Shown: piece by piece, positions 9,889-20,145 of the stretch
Position numbering within the stretch: the first letter of the stretch is position 1
Layout of the letters: every line of letters begins with the position of its first letter
DNA from: Moritella sp. JT01
Lineage (GTDB): Bacteria > Pseudomonadota > Gammaproteobacteria > Enterobacterales > Moritellaceae
Reading direction: 5' to 3'
NCBI RefSeq assembly: GCF_001574435.1
Contig: NZ_LOCN01000033.1
Coordinates: forward strand, 6,408-38,407
DNA length: 32,000 nucleotides
The notes under the pieces: model-generated
What the model was told of the DNA's origin: nothing
Database searches by the model: none
Seen by the model: only the letters and a program-made list of their open reading frames with translations
Made by a program: the position numbers and the translations under genes

Positions 9889-11775
9889 ATGACAGGTTAT
9901 TTCATTCAAGCATTCGTCTACCTGTTTGCTGCGGTTATCGCCGTACCGATTGCCAAACGTCTTGGGCTGGGCTCGGTACTCGGTTATTTAATTGCCGGGG
10001 TTATCATAGGCCCAGTGACAGGGCTAGTCGGCAGTGAAGCCGCTACCATCCAGCATTTCGCTGAGTTTGGTGTAGTGATGATGCTATTTCTGGTGGGCCT
10101 AGAACTAGAACCCCGTATGCTCTGGGATATGCGTCATCGTCTTATTGGTTTAGGTGGTTTACAAGTTGGTTTAACGACGGCTGCAGTAATGGGGATCTGC
10201 CTTGTGCTTAATTTAGACTGGGGTCTGGCCCTCACTATTGGTTTAGTATTCTCACTGTCCTCAACCGCGATCGTATTACAAACCTTTAACGAAAAAGGCC
10301 TGACCAAAACCGAAGGCGCGCGCTCTGCATTCTCGGTATTACTGTTTCAAGATATCGCCGTGATCCCGATGCTGGCGCTAATCCCATTATTAGCCATTCC
10401 TGAACTGGTTGAACAAGCACAAAATGCCGTACAAGCAGCCAGTGCGCAGCATGAAGAATTATCCTTAGTCGCCAATATTTCCGGCATTTATTATGCCCTA
10501 GTGATCATAGTGGCCATCACCGGCGTAGTTGTCGGAGGCCATTACTTAAGTCGTCCATTATTTAAATTTGTGGCAAGTTCTAAAGTACCTGAGATCTTTA
10601 CCGCTACCTCATTAATGCTGGTCATTGGTATTGCTGCCATTATGAACTTAGTGGGTCTGTCCCCTGCTCTGGGTGCATTCTTAGCCGGTGTAGTATTAGC
10701 AACCAGTGAATTTAGACACCAGTTAGAAGCCACCATCAAACCATTCAAAGGGCTATTACTGGGGTTATTCTTTATGACCGTGGGCGCTGGTATTGATTTT
10801 AATATCTTGTTTAACGAAACCAGTACCATTTTATCCATTACCGTCGCCTTAATGTTAGTCAAAGGCTTAGTGCTGTTTATCTTAACCTTAGTCTTTAAGA
10901 TCAAAGGCAGTGACCGTTGGTTATTAGCACTAAGCTTGGCGCAAGCAGGTGAATTTGGCTTTGTATTAATCGGCTTTACCGTGAACAATCATGTACTACC
11001 GATTGATTTAGCACAGACCTTATCATTATCTGTTGCCCTGTCTATGTTCTTAACACCCGCGTTATTTATCTTTTATGACCGCGTGATCCTGCCCCGCTAT
11101 GTTGATAAAACCAATCAACAAGCAAGCGATGATATCGATGAACACGGTGATGTGATCGTGGCAGGCATCGGCCGTTTCGGCCAAATTGTCAATCGGCTGT
11201 TAGTGGCCAACGGCGTAAAAACTGTGGTGCTGGATCATGACGTCAGTATGATCCAAAGAGTGCGTTCATTTAACATGAAGAGTTATTTTGGTGACGCGAC
11301 TCAGCCAAGTTTGCTAGAAACAGCGGGGATCGCTAACGCCAGCTTATTCATCGTCGCCATTGATGATAAAGCCAGAGCCGTTGATCTCGTACGTTACATC
11401 AAGCAACATTATCCACAAGTCAAAATATTAGCGCGTGCTTATGACCGTGGCCATGGTTATTCTCTGCGTCATGCAGGGGCAGATCATGTGGTCAGTGAGA
11501 CCTATCATTCAGCCTTAATCCTTGGAACACACGCGCTGGCTAATCTGGGTTTCAGTGAACAACAAGCAAAAGACGTAAAGCTCACCTTTAAAGAAATAGA
11601 AAAACAAAGTAAAGCAACCTTGTATCAAACTTGGTTGAATAACAGTGAAGACGACAAGTTTAATACCGCTTATCGTGACCTGTATTTACAACTTGAAGAT
11701 AGCTTAGCAGACGTAATGAAAAATCGAGACAAGCCTGTAACACCGCTAAATAACGACATAGATAAGGCAGAATAG
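9889..11775 (+). CDS. CPA2 family monovalent cation:proton antiporter, KefB/KefC-like with C-terminal TrkA-N/RCK domain
   Basis: 628 aa; membrane part GLGSVLGYLIAGVIIGPVTGL; DVIVAGIGRFGQIVNRLLVANGVKTVVLDHD Rossmann/RCK domain. Confidence 0.9.
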   Translation: MTGYFIQAFVYLFAAVIAVPIAKRLGLGSVLGYLIAGVIIGPVTGLVGSEAATIQHFAEFGVVMMLFLVGLELEPRMLWDMRHRLIGLGGLQVGLTTAAVMGICLVLNLDWGLALTIGLVFSLSSTAIVLQTFNEKGLTKTEGARSAFSVLLFQDIAVIPMLALIPLLAIPELVEQAQNAVQAASAQHEELSLVANISGIYYALVIIVAITGVVVGGHYLSRPLFKFVASSKVPEIFTATSLMLVIGIAAIMNLVGLSPALGAFLAGVVLATSEFRHQLEATIKPFKGLLLGLFFMTVGAGIDFNILFNETSTILSITVALMLVKGLVLFILTLVFKIKGSDRWLLALSLAQAGEFGFVLIGFTVNNHVLPIDLAQTLSLSVALSMFLTPALFIFYDRVILPRYVDKTNQQASDDIDEHGDVIVAGIGRFGQIVNRLLVANGVKTVVLDHDVSMIQRVRSFNMKSYFGDATQPSLLETAGIANASLFIVAIDDKARAVDLVRYIKQHYPQVKILARAYDRGHGYSLRHAGADHVVSETYHSALILGTHALANLGFSEQQAKDVKLTFKEIEKQSKATLYQTWLNNSEDDKFNTAYRDLYLQLEDSLADVMKNRDKPVTPLNNDIDKAE

Positions 11776-11780
11776 AGAGT

Positions 11781-12251
11781 ATGACTCCAGCAGTAAAATT
11801 AGCTAAAAAAGCAAAAATAGCCCACAAAACCCATGAATATAAACACGATTCGAATGCAGAATCTTATGGTTTAGAAGCAGCAGATAAGATGTCCGTCGCC
11901 GCCGAACGCATATTCAAAACACTGGTAGTGGATGTCGGTGATAAGAAACTCGTTGTTGCAGTTGTACCAGTAACAGCAATGCTTAATTTAAAAGCCATTG
12001 CCAAAGCAGCAAAAGCTAAAAAAGCGGTCATGGCAGATAAAAATGATGTAATGCGCTCGACCGGTTACGTACTTGGTGGGGTTAGTCCATTGGGACAAAA
12101 GAAACGCTTATTCACTGTCATTGATAACTCAGCACAAACACATGAGACAATCTATGTCAGTGCGGGCCGTCGCGGCTTAGAGATCGAATTAAGCCCGTTA
12201 GACCTAAAGCAGCTAACCAATGCTGAGTTTGCTGCGATTAGCAGTGACTAA
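11781..12251 (+). CDS. ybaK: Cys-tRNA(Pro)/Cys-tRNA(Cys) deacylase YbaK/EbsC family
   Basis: 156 aa; ERIFKTLVVDVGDKKLVVAVVPV..LNLKAIAKAAKAKKAVMADK..TGYVLGGVSPLGQKKRL. Confidence 0.9.
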   Translation: MTPAVKLAKKAKIAHKTHEYKHDSNAESYGLEAADKMSVAAERIFKTLVVDVGDKKLVVAVVPVTAMLNLKAIAKAAKAKKAVMADKNDVMRSTGYVLGGVSPLGQKKRLFTVIDNSAQTHETIYVSAGRRGLEIELSPLDLKQLTNAEFAAISSD

Positions 12252-12314
12252 TGATGAATAGTGGTAATCCGTGAATAATAAAGTCTATTATCAATTTCTA
12301 TCAGCAAAAATAAC

Positions 12315-12350
12315 AATAGCCCAGTAAACCGTTTTACTGGGCTATTTTGT
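12315..12350. terminator. Bidirectional terminator between ybaK (+) and porin (-)
   Basis: AATAGCCCAGTAAA (12315-12328) / TTTACTGGGCTATT (12333-12346), with A- and T-rich flanks, between convergent genes. Confidence 0.85.
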
Positions 12351-12376
12351 ATGAAATTTAAATAGTAGGTAATTAA

Positions 12377-13378
12377 CTAGAAGTCATATCGCGCAGCCAT
12401 ATGCCACTGATCTTCATCATCAGCAACATCTAAAATGACATATTCAGTCACCACGCGTAAATTTTGATTAAACTTATAAGCAAGACCAAATGCGGTTTCA
12501 TCAACGGTATTATTACTTATATTATCCGTATCACGTTGTTTATAAGTAAAGGTGCCTGTTATTTTATCCAAGGTGTAAGCGAGGGATAACTCATAGGCAG
12601 TCCAATCATCTGAATTCTTAATAGATGCGTTATTTGGTGTATCAACAGAGGTACTATCCCCAACAATAGAGGCGGTTAACCCTTGGTACTTATAACGTGC
12701 GGCAAATAGGAAGGTGGATCTATCATAATCTAGGTCGATACTATAATCTTCTATCATGACACCTGTATAGGTTGCCCCTAGCTCCAGACCGAAATCAAAC
12801 CCATAAACCCCCCCTACTGAATAACTGGATTGACTATCGTTGCCACTGCCACCATCATCACTGGATTCAGGTTGAATATGTGCCACTAAATTAAGGGCAT
12901 CATCAAGCATCTTGGTTTCTAGTTTTAAAATATTGGTTTGTCTATTTAAGTTACCTATAGCGGGATTGCCTGAATAGTTAGTGGTACCAGCATCGGCCCA
13001 ATCCGCAATGATTTCATCTGCGGCATAGTTACGACCAAAGGTCAGCTGTCCCCAATCATTTTTTAATCCCGCATAAATCAAACGCGTTTTAGAGGTTGAA
13101 TTAGCGTCACTCTTGTCTCTGGATTCAAATTGCATCTCAATATGCGCAAGTGCATTTAAATCCTCCGTTAAATTTGAAGAGGCCTTAAAACCAGTACGAA
13201 AATAGCTATCTGAGCGACCATCACTTTTTTTACCTTTACCATCTTGGTAAATATAAGCGGCATAAGCACGGCCATACAAATCAACCAGGTGAGCATCATC
13301 TTTGTATACATTAACAGAAGCTTGTACCGTCGGAACAAGACTAGCTAGTATTGCTGTTACTAATAATGTCTTTTTCAT
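12377..13378 (-). CDS. Gram-negative porin (OmpC/OmpF-like trimeric porin)
   Basis: 333 aa; signal peptide MKKTLLVTAILASLVPTVQASVNVY; YAGLKNDWGQLTFGRNYAAD; ends FNQNLRVVTEYVILDV..WHMAARYDF with a terminal aromatic residue. Confidence 0.9.
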   Translation of the reverse strand: MKKTLLVTAILASLVPTVQASVNVYKDDAHLVDLYGRAYAAYIYQDGKGKKSDGRSDSYFRTGFKASSNLTEDLNALAHIEMQFESRDKSDANSTSKTRLIYAGLKNDWGQLTFGRNYAADEIIADWADAGTTNYSGNPAIGNLNRQTNILKLETKMLDDALNLVAHIQPESSDDGGSGNDSQSSYSVGGVYGFDFGLELGATYTGVMIEDYSIDLDYDRSTFLFAARYKYQGLTASIVGDSTSVDTPNNASIKNSDDWTAYELSLAYTLDKITGTFTYKQRDTDNISNNTVDETAFGLAYKFNQNLRVVTEYVILDVADDEDQWHMAARYDF

Positions 13379-13549
13379 GATTCTTCCATGTCTATTAAAG
13401 TAAGTGTTTATCAGCCTTACAACTGGCGACTCAGTAAATATTAGTTCCTTAATGTAAAATTGATGTTCGATCAGATAATTTTATGCCAAAAAGTGAACCT
13501 CGTCTCATTATTCATGCGAATGAGTAGTAACAACTAACCGTATAAATGA

Positions 13550-13583
13550 AAAAGTCCCAGTAGATCGCTCTACTGGGACTTTT
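13550..13583 (-). terminator. Terminator downstream of the sodium-dependent transporter
   Basis: AAAAGTCCCAGTAG (13550-13563) / CTACTGGGACTTTT (13570-13583), a 14-bp perfect stem. Confidence 0.85.
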
Positions 13584-13613
13584 GCTTATTATCTATTGAG
13601 GCTCAGAGTATCA

Positions 13614-14981
13614 TTAAAGCGATGTACTGATTAATACGATAATTAAAACAGGGCAAACAAACTTCACATACAATGGCCATATTTTCCAGAAGATACCATT
13701 TACATCAGCACCATCTTGACCTTTTATTTCAGAAAGTAGGCTATTACGATGCCATACCCAACCCGTAAAGATCGCCAGACCTAAACATATAAGCGGTTGT
13801 ATCATTTCGGTTGATAGCGTAATCATTAAGCCAAACATTAAATCAAAATTAGTTACCACAACCATCGCTAATGTTGTCAGTGCAGCGCCAACAATCCAAG
13901 TTACTTTCTTACGTGACATCGCTGTTCTATCCGCGATATAACTGGTTGGCACTTCGACTACCGAAATTGCCGATGTTAATGCAGCTACTGACATCAACGC
14001 AAAGAAGATGATAGCCACAATATGCTCGACCGCGCCCATCGTCGCAAACAACGCTGGAAGTACTGTAAATACCAGTGTATCTGAACTTAGCAAGTTACCG
14101 TCAGCATCAAAGATAATGACACCATTATGCTTAGCTACATACATAGCTGGCAGGATTAACATCGCGGCTAAGAAGGCTACTCCTGTATCTATAAAGGTTA
14201 CCTGTACCGCTAACTTACTGATGTTTTCTTTTGGTTTAAGGTATGAGCCGTAAATCATCATCACCCCGGTACCAATAGATAACGAAAAGAATGTCTGACC
14301 AAGCGCTCCAATGAGTACATCTGAGTGCATTATTTTTTCAAAATCAACCGTAAATAACGCCGCAACACCTTCACTCGCACCGGGTTGAAACAAGATATAA
14401 ATCACGCTTGCAATCAAGATAGAAAATAATAATGGCATTAAACGCTTTGACCATTTTTCAATGCCATCTTGTACGCCTTTTTGAATCACATAAATAGACA
14501 TCAATGTAAATACTAAGGTAAATACGATATTACGAGATAATGAGAAATCGATTAACCAACGGCTTGCCTCTTCAGCACCAACCATAGCCGCAATAGGTGC
14601 CAGTGTGTTACTGACGAACCAGCCAGAAAGTATGGCATAGAAACTGAATATCATCACCGCACAGATAATTGACGCGAGACCAATCAAACGACCAATCATT
14701 TTTGTTGCAGAAGATCGGCCTAGTTTAGCCATCGCATCTGCTGGATTAGTTTGACCATGACGGCCCACCATTAGCTCAGCAACTAACATAGGGTAACCAA
14801 GTACAAAGATCAGAAACAGGTACACCATTAAAAACGCACCGCCGCCATTACTGGCCGCTTGCGTAGGGAACCCCCAGATATTACCAATACCAACAGCAGA
14901 ACCTGCCGCTGCCATTATAAAACCAAAGCGAGAACCAAAATGTCCTCGAGATGCACCATCATTATTCTGTATTGCAGCCAT
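13614..14981 (-). CDS. Sodium-dependent transporter, NSS/SNF family
   Basis: 455 aa; SRFGFIMAAAGSAVGIGNIWGFPTQAASNGGGAFLMVYL is the NSS TM1 signature. Confidence 0.92.
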   Translation of the reverse strand: MAAIQNNDGASRGHFGSRFGFIMAAAGSAVGIGNIWGFPTQAASNGGGAFLMVYLFLIFVLGYPMLVAELMVGRHGQTNPADAMAKLGRSSATKMIGRLIGLASIICAVMIFSFYAILSGWFVSNTLAPIAAMVGAEEASRWLIDFSLSRNIVFTLVFTLMSIYVIQKGVQDGIEKWSKRLMPLLFSILIASVIYILFQPGASEGVAALFTVDFEKIMHSDVLIGALGQTFFSLSIGTGVMMIYGSYLKPKENISKLAVQVTFIDTGVAFLAAMLILPAMYVAKHNGVIIFDADGNLLSSDTLVFTVLPALFATMGAVEHIVAIIFFALMSVAALTSAISVVEVPTSYIADRTAMSRKKVTWIVGAALTTLAMVVVTNFDLMFGLMITLSTEMIQPLICLGLAIFTGWVWHRNSLLSEIKGQDGADVNGIFWKIWPLYVKFVCPVLIIVLISTSL

Positions 14982-15339
14982 TTATCCGTACCAAGTTTTA
15001 TAAATCCAATTAAGAATGGAATTTATACCTAAAAACACAGCAAAGGCAACAGTTTAAATCTACAAAACACCACAAAACCCAGCGTTTAACCCCCTTAACT
15101 TAAGTATTAAAGCAATAATTAACCAACAAAATTGTAAATATGCATTTTTAATTGCGCAAACATTATAAATTTATCTTTGAAATAGCAAGTGTTACCAATC
15201 TGCTTAAAACATAAAAAAATAGTACTCTAATCAAAGCCTCATCAAAACTGCTTACTATGCGTACTTAATGTATAAAATAATATTTTATACTCACCCTTAG
15301 TTAGTCGTAAAAATCATACAATATAAAATAAGGATATTT

Positions 15340-16629
15340 ATGTTAAGGAAAATAGCAGTCTTACTTGGGCTATACATGATTACCCCGGCCTTAATGGCAA
15401 TGAGCCAGGTACCCACGGAACGCCATACTATTATTCAATTCACCAATAGCACGCCACATACCCTGTATGCGTATATTGAAGCAGGTAATAATATCGAATT
15501 GTTAACAGCAGAAGTGCTGCCATTGAGTACCATTGATCTCGCTAACATTACCAGAATCGGCACTGACGATGACATTGCCATTTCACTCAGCAATGCAGAT
15601 TACAGCTTTAGCTTAACGCAGAGAGTGACTAACGGTGAACTTGCCTTTGGTATCGACAGTACTGAATTGACTATCGAACCACAAACGAAGGGCACGATTC
15701 AGCGTTTTGAGATCCAACTTGCCAGCAGAAAAAATACTATCGCCTTTAATAGTGAAAATCTAAACAAAGGTGGCAAGGTCAATTACGTATTACAGCTGCA
15801 TGATCAGAAACCAGCTATTGGACCAGGTAATGAATTTAGCTTATTAAGTTACAACATTTGGGCGACCACAATATTCGGTTCTAAAAAAGTAGATACACGC
15901 CTAACGGAAATGCCAGAAGTTATGTCTGGTTATGATGCCTTGGTACTCACAGAGGTCTTTGATCCAATTAGAACAAAAAAATTACTAAAACAGCTCAGTA
16001 AAGAATATAGCTTTACCAGCAGCGAAATATTCAAATTAGGAAAAATCATGCAGTCAGGTACGCGTATTTTAACGCCTTGGCCTGTAGAAGAAGAGAAAAG
16101 TCTAAAGTATACCAGTTGTAATGGTATTCAGTGTGCCGCAACCCGTGGTGTTATTTATGCCCGCATTAACAAGCAAGGTCACATTTACCATCTGTTTGCG
16201 ACCCACACCCAATCATCAGATGATGATAGCAACCGATCAGCACGTTTAGCCCAACTAGAAGAAATGGGAGCGTTTATTCGAGCACAAAATATCCCTGCTG
16301 ACGAAGCCGTCATTTTAGCGGGTGATTTCAACGTCAATAAAATAGGCTTACCCGGCGATCGTGATCAAATGGAATATATTCTTAATGCCACCGAACCTGA
16401 CAACAAAGGGCACAGCCTCTCTTTTGATTCCAATACTAACTATTGGGCAGAAAAACCTTATTTAGAATATCTTGATTACACACTAACAGGAAATGACCAT
16501 TTACAGCCAATCAGTGCAAGCCAAGAAATATTCGCGCCTCGCGTAGTAACCAAATCACTGTGGGAGATTTGGGACTTATCTGATCATTACGCAGCTCGCG
16601 GTTATTTTATCTACCCAATAGAGAAATAG
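15340..16629 (+). CDS. Secreted endonuclease/exonuclease/phosphatase-family protein, probably sphingomyelinase C-like
   Basis: 429 aa; N-terminal signal-like MLRKIAVLLGLYMITPALMAM; EEP motifs FSLLSYNIWA, LVLTEVFD, HLFATHTQS, VILAGDFNVNK, LEYLDYTLT, DLSDHYAARGYF. Confidence 0.7.
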   Translation: MLRKIAVLLGLYMITPALMAMSQVPTERHTIIQFTNSTPHTLYAYIEAGNNIELLTAEVLPLSTIDLANITRIGTDDDIAISLSNADYSFSLTQRVTNGELAFGIDSTELTIEPQTKGTIQRFEIQLASRKNTIAFNSENLNKGGKVNYVLQLHDQKPAIGPGNEFSLLSYNIWATTIFGSKKVDTRLTEMPEVMSGYDALVLTEVFDPIRTKKLLKQLSKEYSFTSSEIFKLGKIMQSGTRILTPWPVEEEKSLKYTSCNGIQCAATRGVIYARINKQGHIYHLFATHTQSSDDDSNRSARLAQLEEMGAFIRAQNIPADEAVILAGDFNVNKIGLPGDRDQMEYILNATEPDNKGHSLSFDSNTNYWAEKPYLEYLDYTLTGNDHLQPISASQEIFAPRVVTKSLWEIWDLSDHYAARGYFIYPIEK

Positions 16630-17091
16630 CAGCATAATAAACTACTTATTAATATTTCAGCATCTATTCACTTTAGATGCTGAGATAACCGCTTAAAACT
16701 CACAATTACTACTAGATGAATACTCAAAACTAGGCACCTCCACTATTTTTAACCTGAAACACTCAAAAGTAGCACTAAAATAAATTTGAGCCCCTTAATA
16801 CAAGTGTGATCTGTACATACAAAATAATTGCTAATTAATTGTTAAAACCCAATAAACTACCTATTTATAGCTACCCCTGTTGTTTTTTGATGACTACAGG
16901 AACAAGTGTAAAACTACAAAGCGCACCATTTAAAGCATAAAAAACTAAATATCCACTTTGAAAACTAAAAATGCAGAACAAACACAACTAATCGCTCAAC
17001 AAACACACAGGTACGAAGATTGTTAATAAAAAACACGTAAAACATCAAATTATTTTGATAAATACGGGTTATTTTTTATATTCAAAGCAAA

Positions 17092-17113
17092 AAAGCGATC
17101 TACATCACTTTAA
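17092..17113. promoter_or_regulatory. Candidate CRP-binding site upstream of the amino-acid permease
   Basis: AAAAGCGATCTACATCACTTTA matches 17 of 22 positions of the E. coli CRP consensus AAATGTGATCTAGATCACATTT by eye; ends 67 nt upstream of the start codon. Confidence 0.45.
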
Positions 17114-17179
17114 ATAAAATTCAGATCATTATCCTATGCATCAATTAAGATACAGCGCAATATTACAGGTGAAAGAGAA

Positions 17180-18520
17180 ATGTCAGAGCAAGCCACTACA
17201 ACAATCGCGAACAGCACTACGAATGCTGCTAAATGGAACAAAGCAGACACAGAATGGGTATTAAGTTTATTCGGCACAGCAGTAGGTGCTGGTGTTTTAT
17301 TCTTACCTATTAAAGCAGGTTTAGGTGGTTTTTGGCCGTTAGTATTTCTAGCATTGATTGCAGGCCCAATGACATGGTTCGCGCATAGATCACTTGCTCG
17401 CTTCGTTCTATCTTCAAAAAATCCAGATTCAGACATCACAGATGTTGTTGAAGAACATTTTGGTAAAGGCGCTGCAAAACTAATTACATTTGCTTATTTC
17501 TTTGCTATCTACCCTATCGTATTAATCTACGGTGTTGGTATTACAAATACATTTGAAAGTTTCATTGTTCACCAACTTGATATCTTCACTGAAATCCCAC
17601 GCCTAGCGGCTGATGGCGCACCGATGCTTACAGAAGCGGGTGTTCAAATCATGGATAAAGTAAGCGGTATCCCACGTTGGTTACTATCTGGTGGTCTAAT
17701 TTTAGCAATGACTGCACTGATTCTATACGGTAAAGACTTAATGCTTAAAGCAACGTCAGCATTAGTTTACCCACTAGTCATCATCTTATTCGGTCTATCA
17801 CTGTTCTTAATTCCGAGCTGGAATACAACGATGCTAACAGTTGTACCTGAAGCATCATCGTTCCTACCAGTTATCTGGTTATCGATTCCACTGATTGTGT
17901 TCTCATTCAACCACTCTCCAGTAATCAGCCAGTTTGCTAAAGCACAACGTAAATCTTACGGTGAAAACGCAGTAGCAAAATCAGACCTTATCTGTAAACG
18001 TGCAGGTCAAATGCTACTTGGTTTTGTAATGCTATTCGTATTCTCTTGTGTGTTATCACTATCACCAGAGCAACTAGCAGAAGCTAAAGCACAAAATATC
18101 TCAATCCTGTCTTACCTTGCAAACGTACATGACTCAGTATTAATTCAATACTTTGGTCCTTTCGTCGCATTCGCAGCGATTACTTCTAGCTACTTCGGTC
18201 ATTACCTAGGTGCTCAAGAAGGTCTAAACGGTCTAGTTAAACAAGTTATGCCGAAAGCATCAGAGAAGAAAATCGGTACATTCTCTATCGCATTCATCGT
18301 ACTAACTACATGGGCTGTAGCGATTATCAACCCAAGTGTACTCGGTCTTATTGAAACAATCGGCGCACCAATGATTGCAGCTATCTTGTTCTTAATGCCT
18401 ATGATTGCTATCAAGAAAGTACCTGCGATGCAAAAATATGCTAGCGATAAAGCAGCAAACATCTTTGTTACTATCTGTGGTCTACTCGCTATCACTTCAG
18501 TTATCTACGGCGCACTATAA
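17180..18520 (+). CDS. HAAAP family aromatic/hydroxy amino-acid permease (serine transporter SdaC/TdcC-like)
   Basis: 446 aa; [29 protein letters not shown]; [20 protein letters not shown]; [19 protein letters not shown]. Confidence 0.88.
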   Translation: MSEQATTTIANSTTNAAKWNKADTEWVLSLFGTAVGAGVLFLPIKAGLGGFWPLVFLALIAGPMTWFAHRSLARFVLSSKNPDSDITDVVEEHFGKGAAKLITFAYFFAIYPIVLIYGVGITNTFESFIVHQLDIFTEIPRLAADGAPMLTEAGVQIMDKVSGIPRWLLSGGLILAMTALILYGKDLMLKATSALVYPLVIILFGLSLFLIPSWNTTMLTVVPEASSFLPVIWLSIPLIVFSFNHSPVISQFAKAQRKSYGENAVAKSDLICKRAGQMLLGFVMLFVFSCVLSLSPEQLAEAKAQNISILSYLANVHDSVLIQYFGPFVAFAAITSSYFGHYLGAQEGLNGLVKQVMPKASEKKIGTFSIAFIVLTTWAVAIINPSVLGLIETIGAPMIAAILFLMPMIAIKKVPAMQKYASDKAANIFVTICGLLAITSVIYGAL

Positions 18521-18579
18521 ACCGCTGTTACTGTAACTTAAGTACTACTATTAACGGTACTTAAGTTAATAAAAAACGA

Positions 18580-18608
18580 AACCGGTGAGTCATCTCACCG
18601 GTTTTTTT
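18580..18608 (+). terminator. Intrinsic terminator of the HAAAP permease
   Basis: AACCGGTGAG-TCAT-CTCACCGGTT followed by a T run. Confidence 0.9.
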
Positions 18609-18813
18609 GTGTCTGAATTTCTAGCGCAATACCTGCGTGATCTTGATACTCGCCTCCACAACTATTTGGCGTGCCATATCAGTATAGTCATGGCCCCTCC
18701 AAAAACATTAATTAAAGCACTGATTTTATACAAAAACATATAAAATTTAATTAACGACTACAAGTAGTATTTTGTTATAGTTTTATGGATTAATGTGTAA
18801 ACAAGGACATCAC

Positions 18814-19998
18814 ATGCCAATAATGATGACATTTTTATCAAATAGTGGATTTTTCTTAATTTGGCCTCTTACCGCCACATTTATAAATCAACATTATGAT
18901 GTAACTCAAATGACGATTGGTTTTTTGATGGCTTTACTCCCGCTAACGAGCTTTTTGTGTTCATTTTTATTTACGAGTAAATTATCAGCTACAAGATATG
19001 AGATTGGATTTATATTATCATCGGCACTACTCGCAATTAATTCGTTATTATTATTTAACAATAACAACATCGTTATATTTTCATTATCAATTGTACTATT
19101 AGGAATATCCCATTCTTTAATTTCCATGTTCTCGAAATTAACCATATCTGCTTATAAAAATGAAAATAAAAGGAAAAAGTATTTTGGGCATTTATTTTAT
19201 GCAACAAATGTATCCGCATTCTCATCGCCATTAATTATATTTTTCTCTAGCGAACTAGACTTTAACTATACAAAAAATATAATACTATTATTAGGTCTTG
19301 TCATGCTTACCTTCGCTATGCTTAATTTAGTATTTGGTAAACAATTGAAGATAGAAAAAAGTAAAGAGACAAGCATGATAGACAGTTTTAACTGTTTAAA
19401 AAAAGACAGGTTTTTAAGGCTAATAGTTCTATTAAACATATTGATAACTATGGTTTATTCTTTTATAGATGCACCATTAATTAACACACTAATTGACTTG
19501 AAAATACAAGATCCCGAAAAATTATTCTCTCTGATACTTTCAACTGCAGCAATATTTATATTAGTGCTCTACTACCCAATACAAAGTATGATTAAAAATT
19601 TAAATACCACATTAAAAATGGCATATGGCTGTGTACTATTGTTAATTTCTCAAATAGCATTTCACTTTTGTTTACACTATAACCCAGACCAATATATCTA
19701 TATATACATCATACCATCAATAATAATGAGCATTGCTGAATGCATTATATTCTCAAGCACAAATCCACAAATCCTTGAGTTGTCACCAAATAATGAAAGA
19801 GGTGCTTACCTTGGCGCCTCATCGCTTTATAGTAGCGGTACATTTTTAGCCCCTATTATGGGCGCATTAATTATTACCCATCTAGGTTCTAATTACGTAT
19901 TTATCTCAACGAGTATCATTACAATTATTGTTGCTTATGCTTATTATTTTATCTATTCAAATAAGATCTTCTCATCTCAAACAACAAAGGTATTTTAG
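18814..19998 (+). CDS. MFS transporter (12-TM-like, substrate unknown)
   Basis: Track ORF starts at 18793, but AAGGA precedes the in-frame ATG at 18814 (MPIMMTFLSNSGFFLIWPLTATFINQHYDVTQMTIGFLMALLPL...). Repeated hydrophobic helices; GTFLAPIMGALIITHLGSNYVF near the end. Visibly AT-rich. Confidence 0.7.
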   Translation: MPIMMTFLSNSGFFLIWPLTATFINQHYDVTQMTIGFLMALLPLTSFLCSFLFTSKLSATRYEIGFILSSALLAINSLLLFNNNNIVIFSLSIVLLGISHSLISMFSKLTISAYKNENKRKKYFGHLFYATNVSAFSSPLIIFFSSELDFNYTKNIILLLGLVMLTFAMLNLVFGKQLKIEKSKETSMIDSFNCLKKDRFLRLIVLLNILITMVYSFIDAPLINTLIDLKIQDPEKLFSLILSTAAIFILVLYYPIQSMIKNLNTTLKMAYGCVLLLISQIAFHFCLHYNPDQYIYIYIIPSIIMSIAECIIFSSTNPQILELSPNNERGAYLGASSLYSSGTFLAPIMGALIITHLGSNYVFISTSIITIIVAYAYYFIYSNKIFSSQTTKVF

Positions 19999-20022
19999 CT
20001 GTAGAAAGAGGATGAGCGTTCT

Positions 20023-20145
20023 GTGGGCAATGATGTCTTGAACACTTGAGATACCGCCCAGTACGCCACAGCATGATTAGAAAGAAAACCAGCTTCTGGT
20101 GTCATTTCATCGCGGTGCTCACTACCAAGCTGCTCTACAACGCCA
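20023..20145 (-). pseudogene. Internal fragment of aroC (chorismate synthase), 1-nt frameshift
   Basis: Aligns to 29781-29904 inside intact aroC with 8 substitutions and one 1-nt deletion (115/124 columns identical). Same orientation as aroC. Identity drops abruptly at both ends. Confidence 0.92.

Noticed and set aside
18611-18792. Possible degenerate gene remnant before the MFS gene
   Set aside because: Short noncoding stretch; I could not match any reading frame to a known protein, so there is no supportable call.
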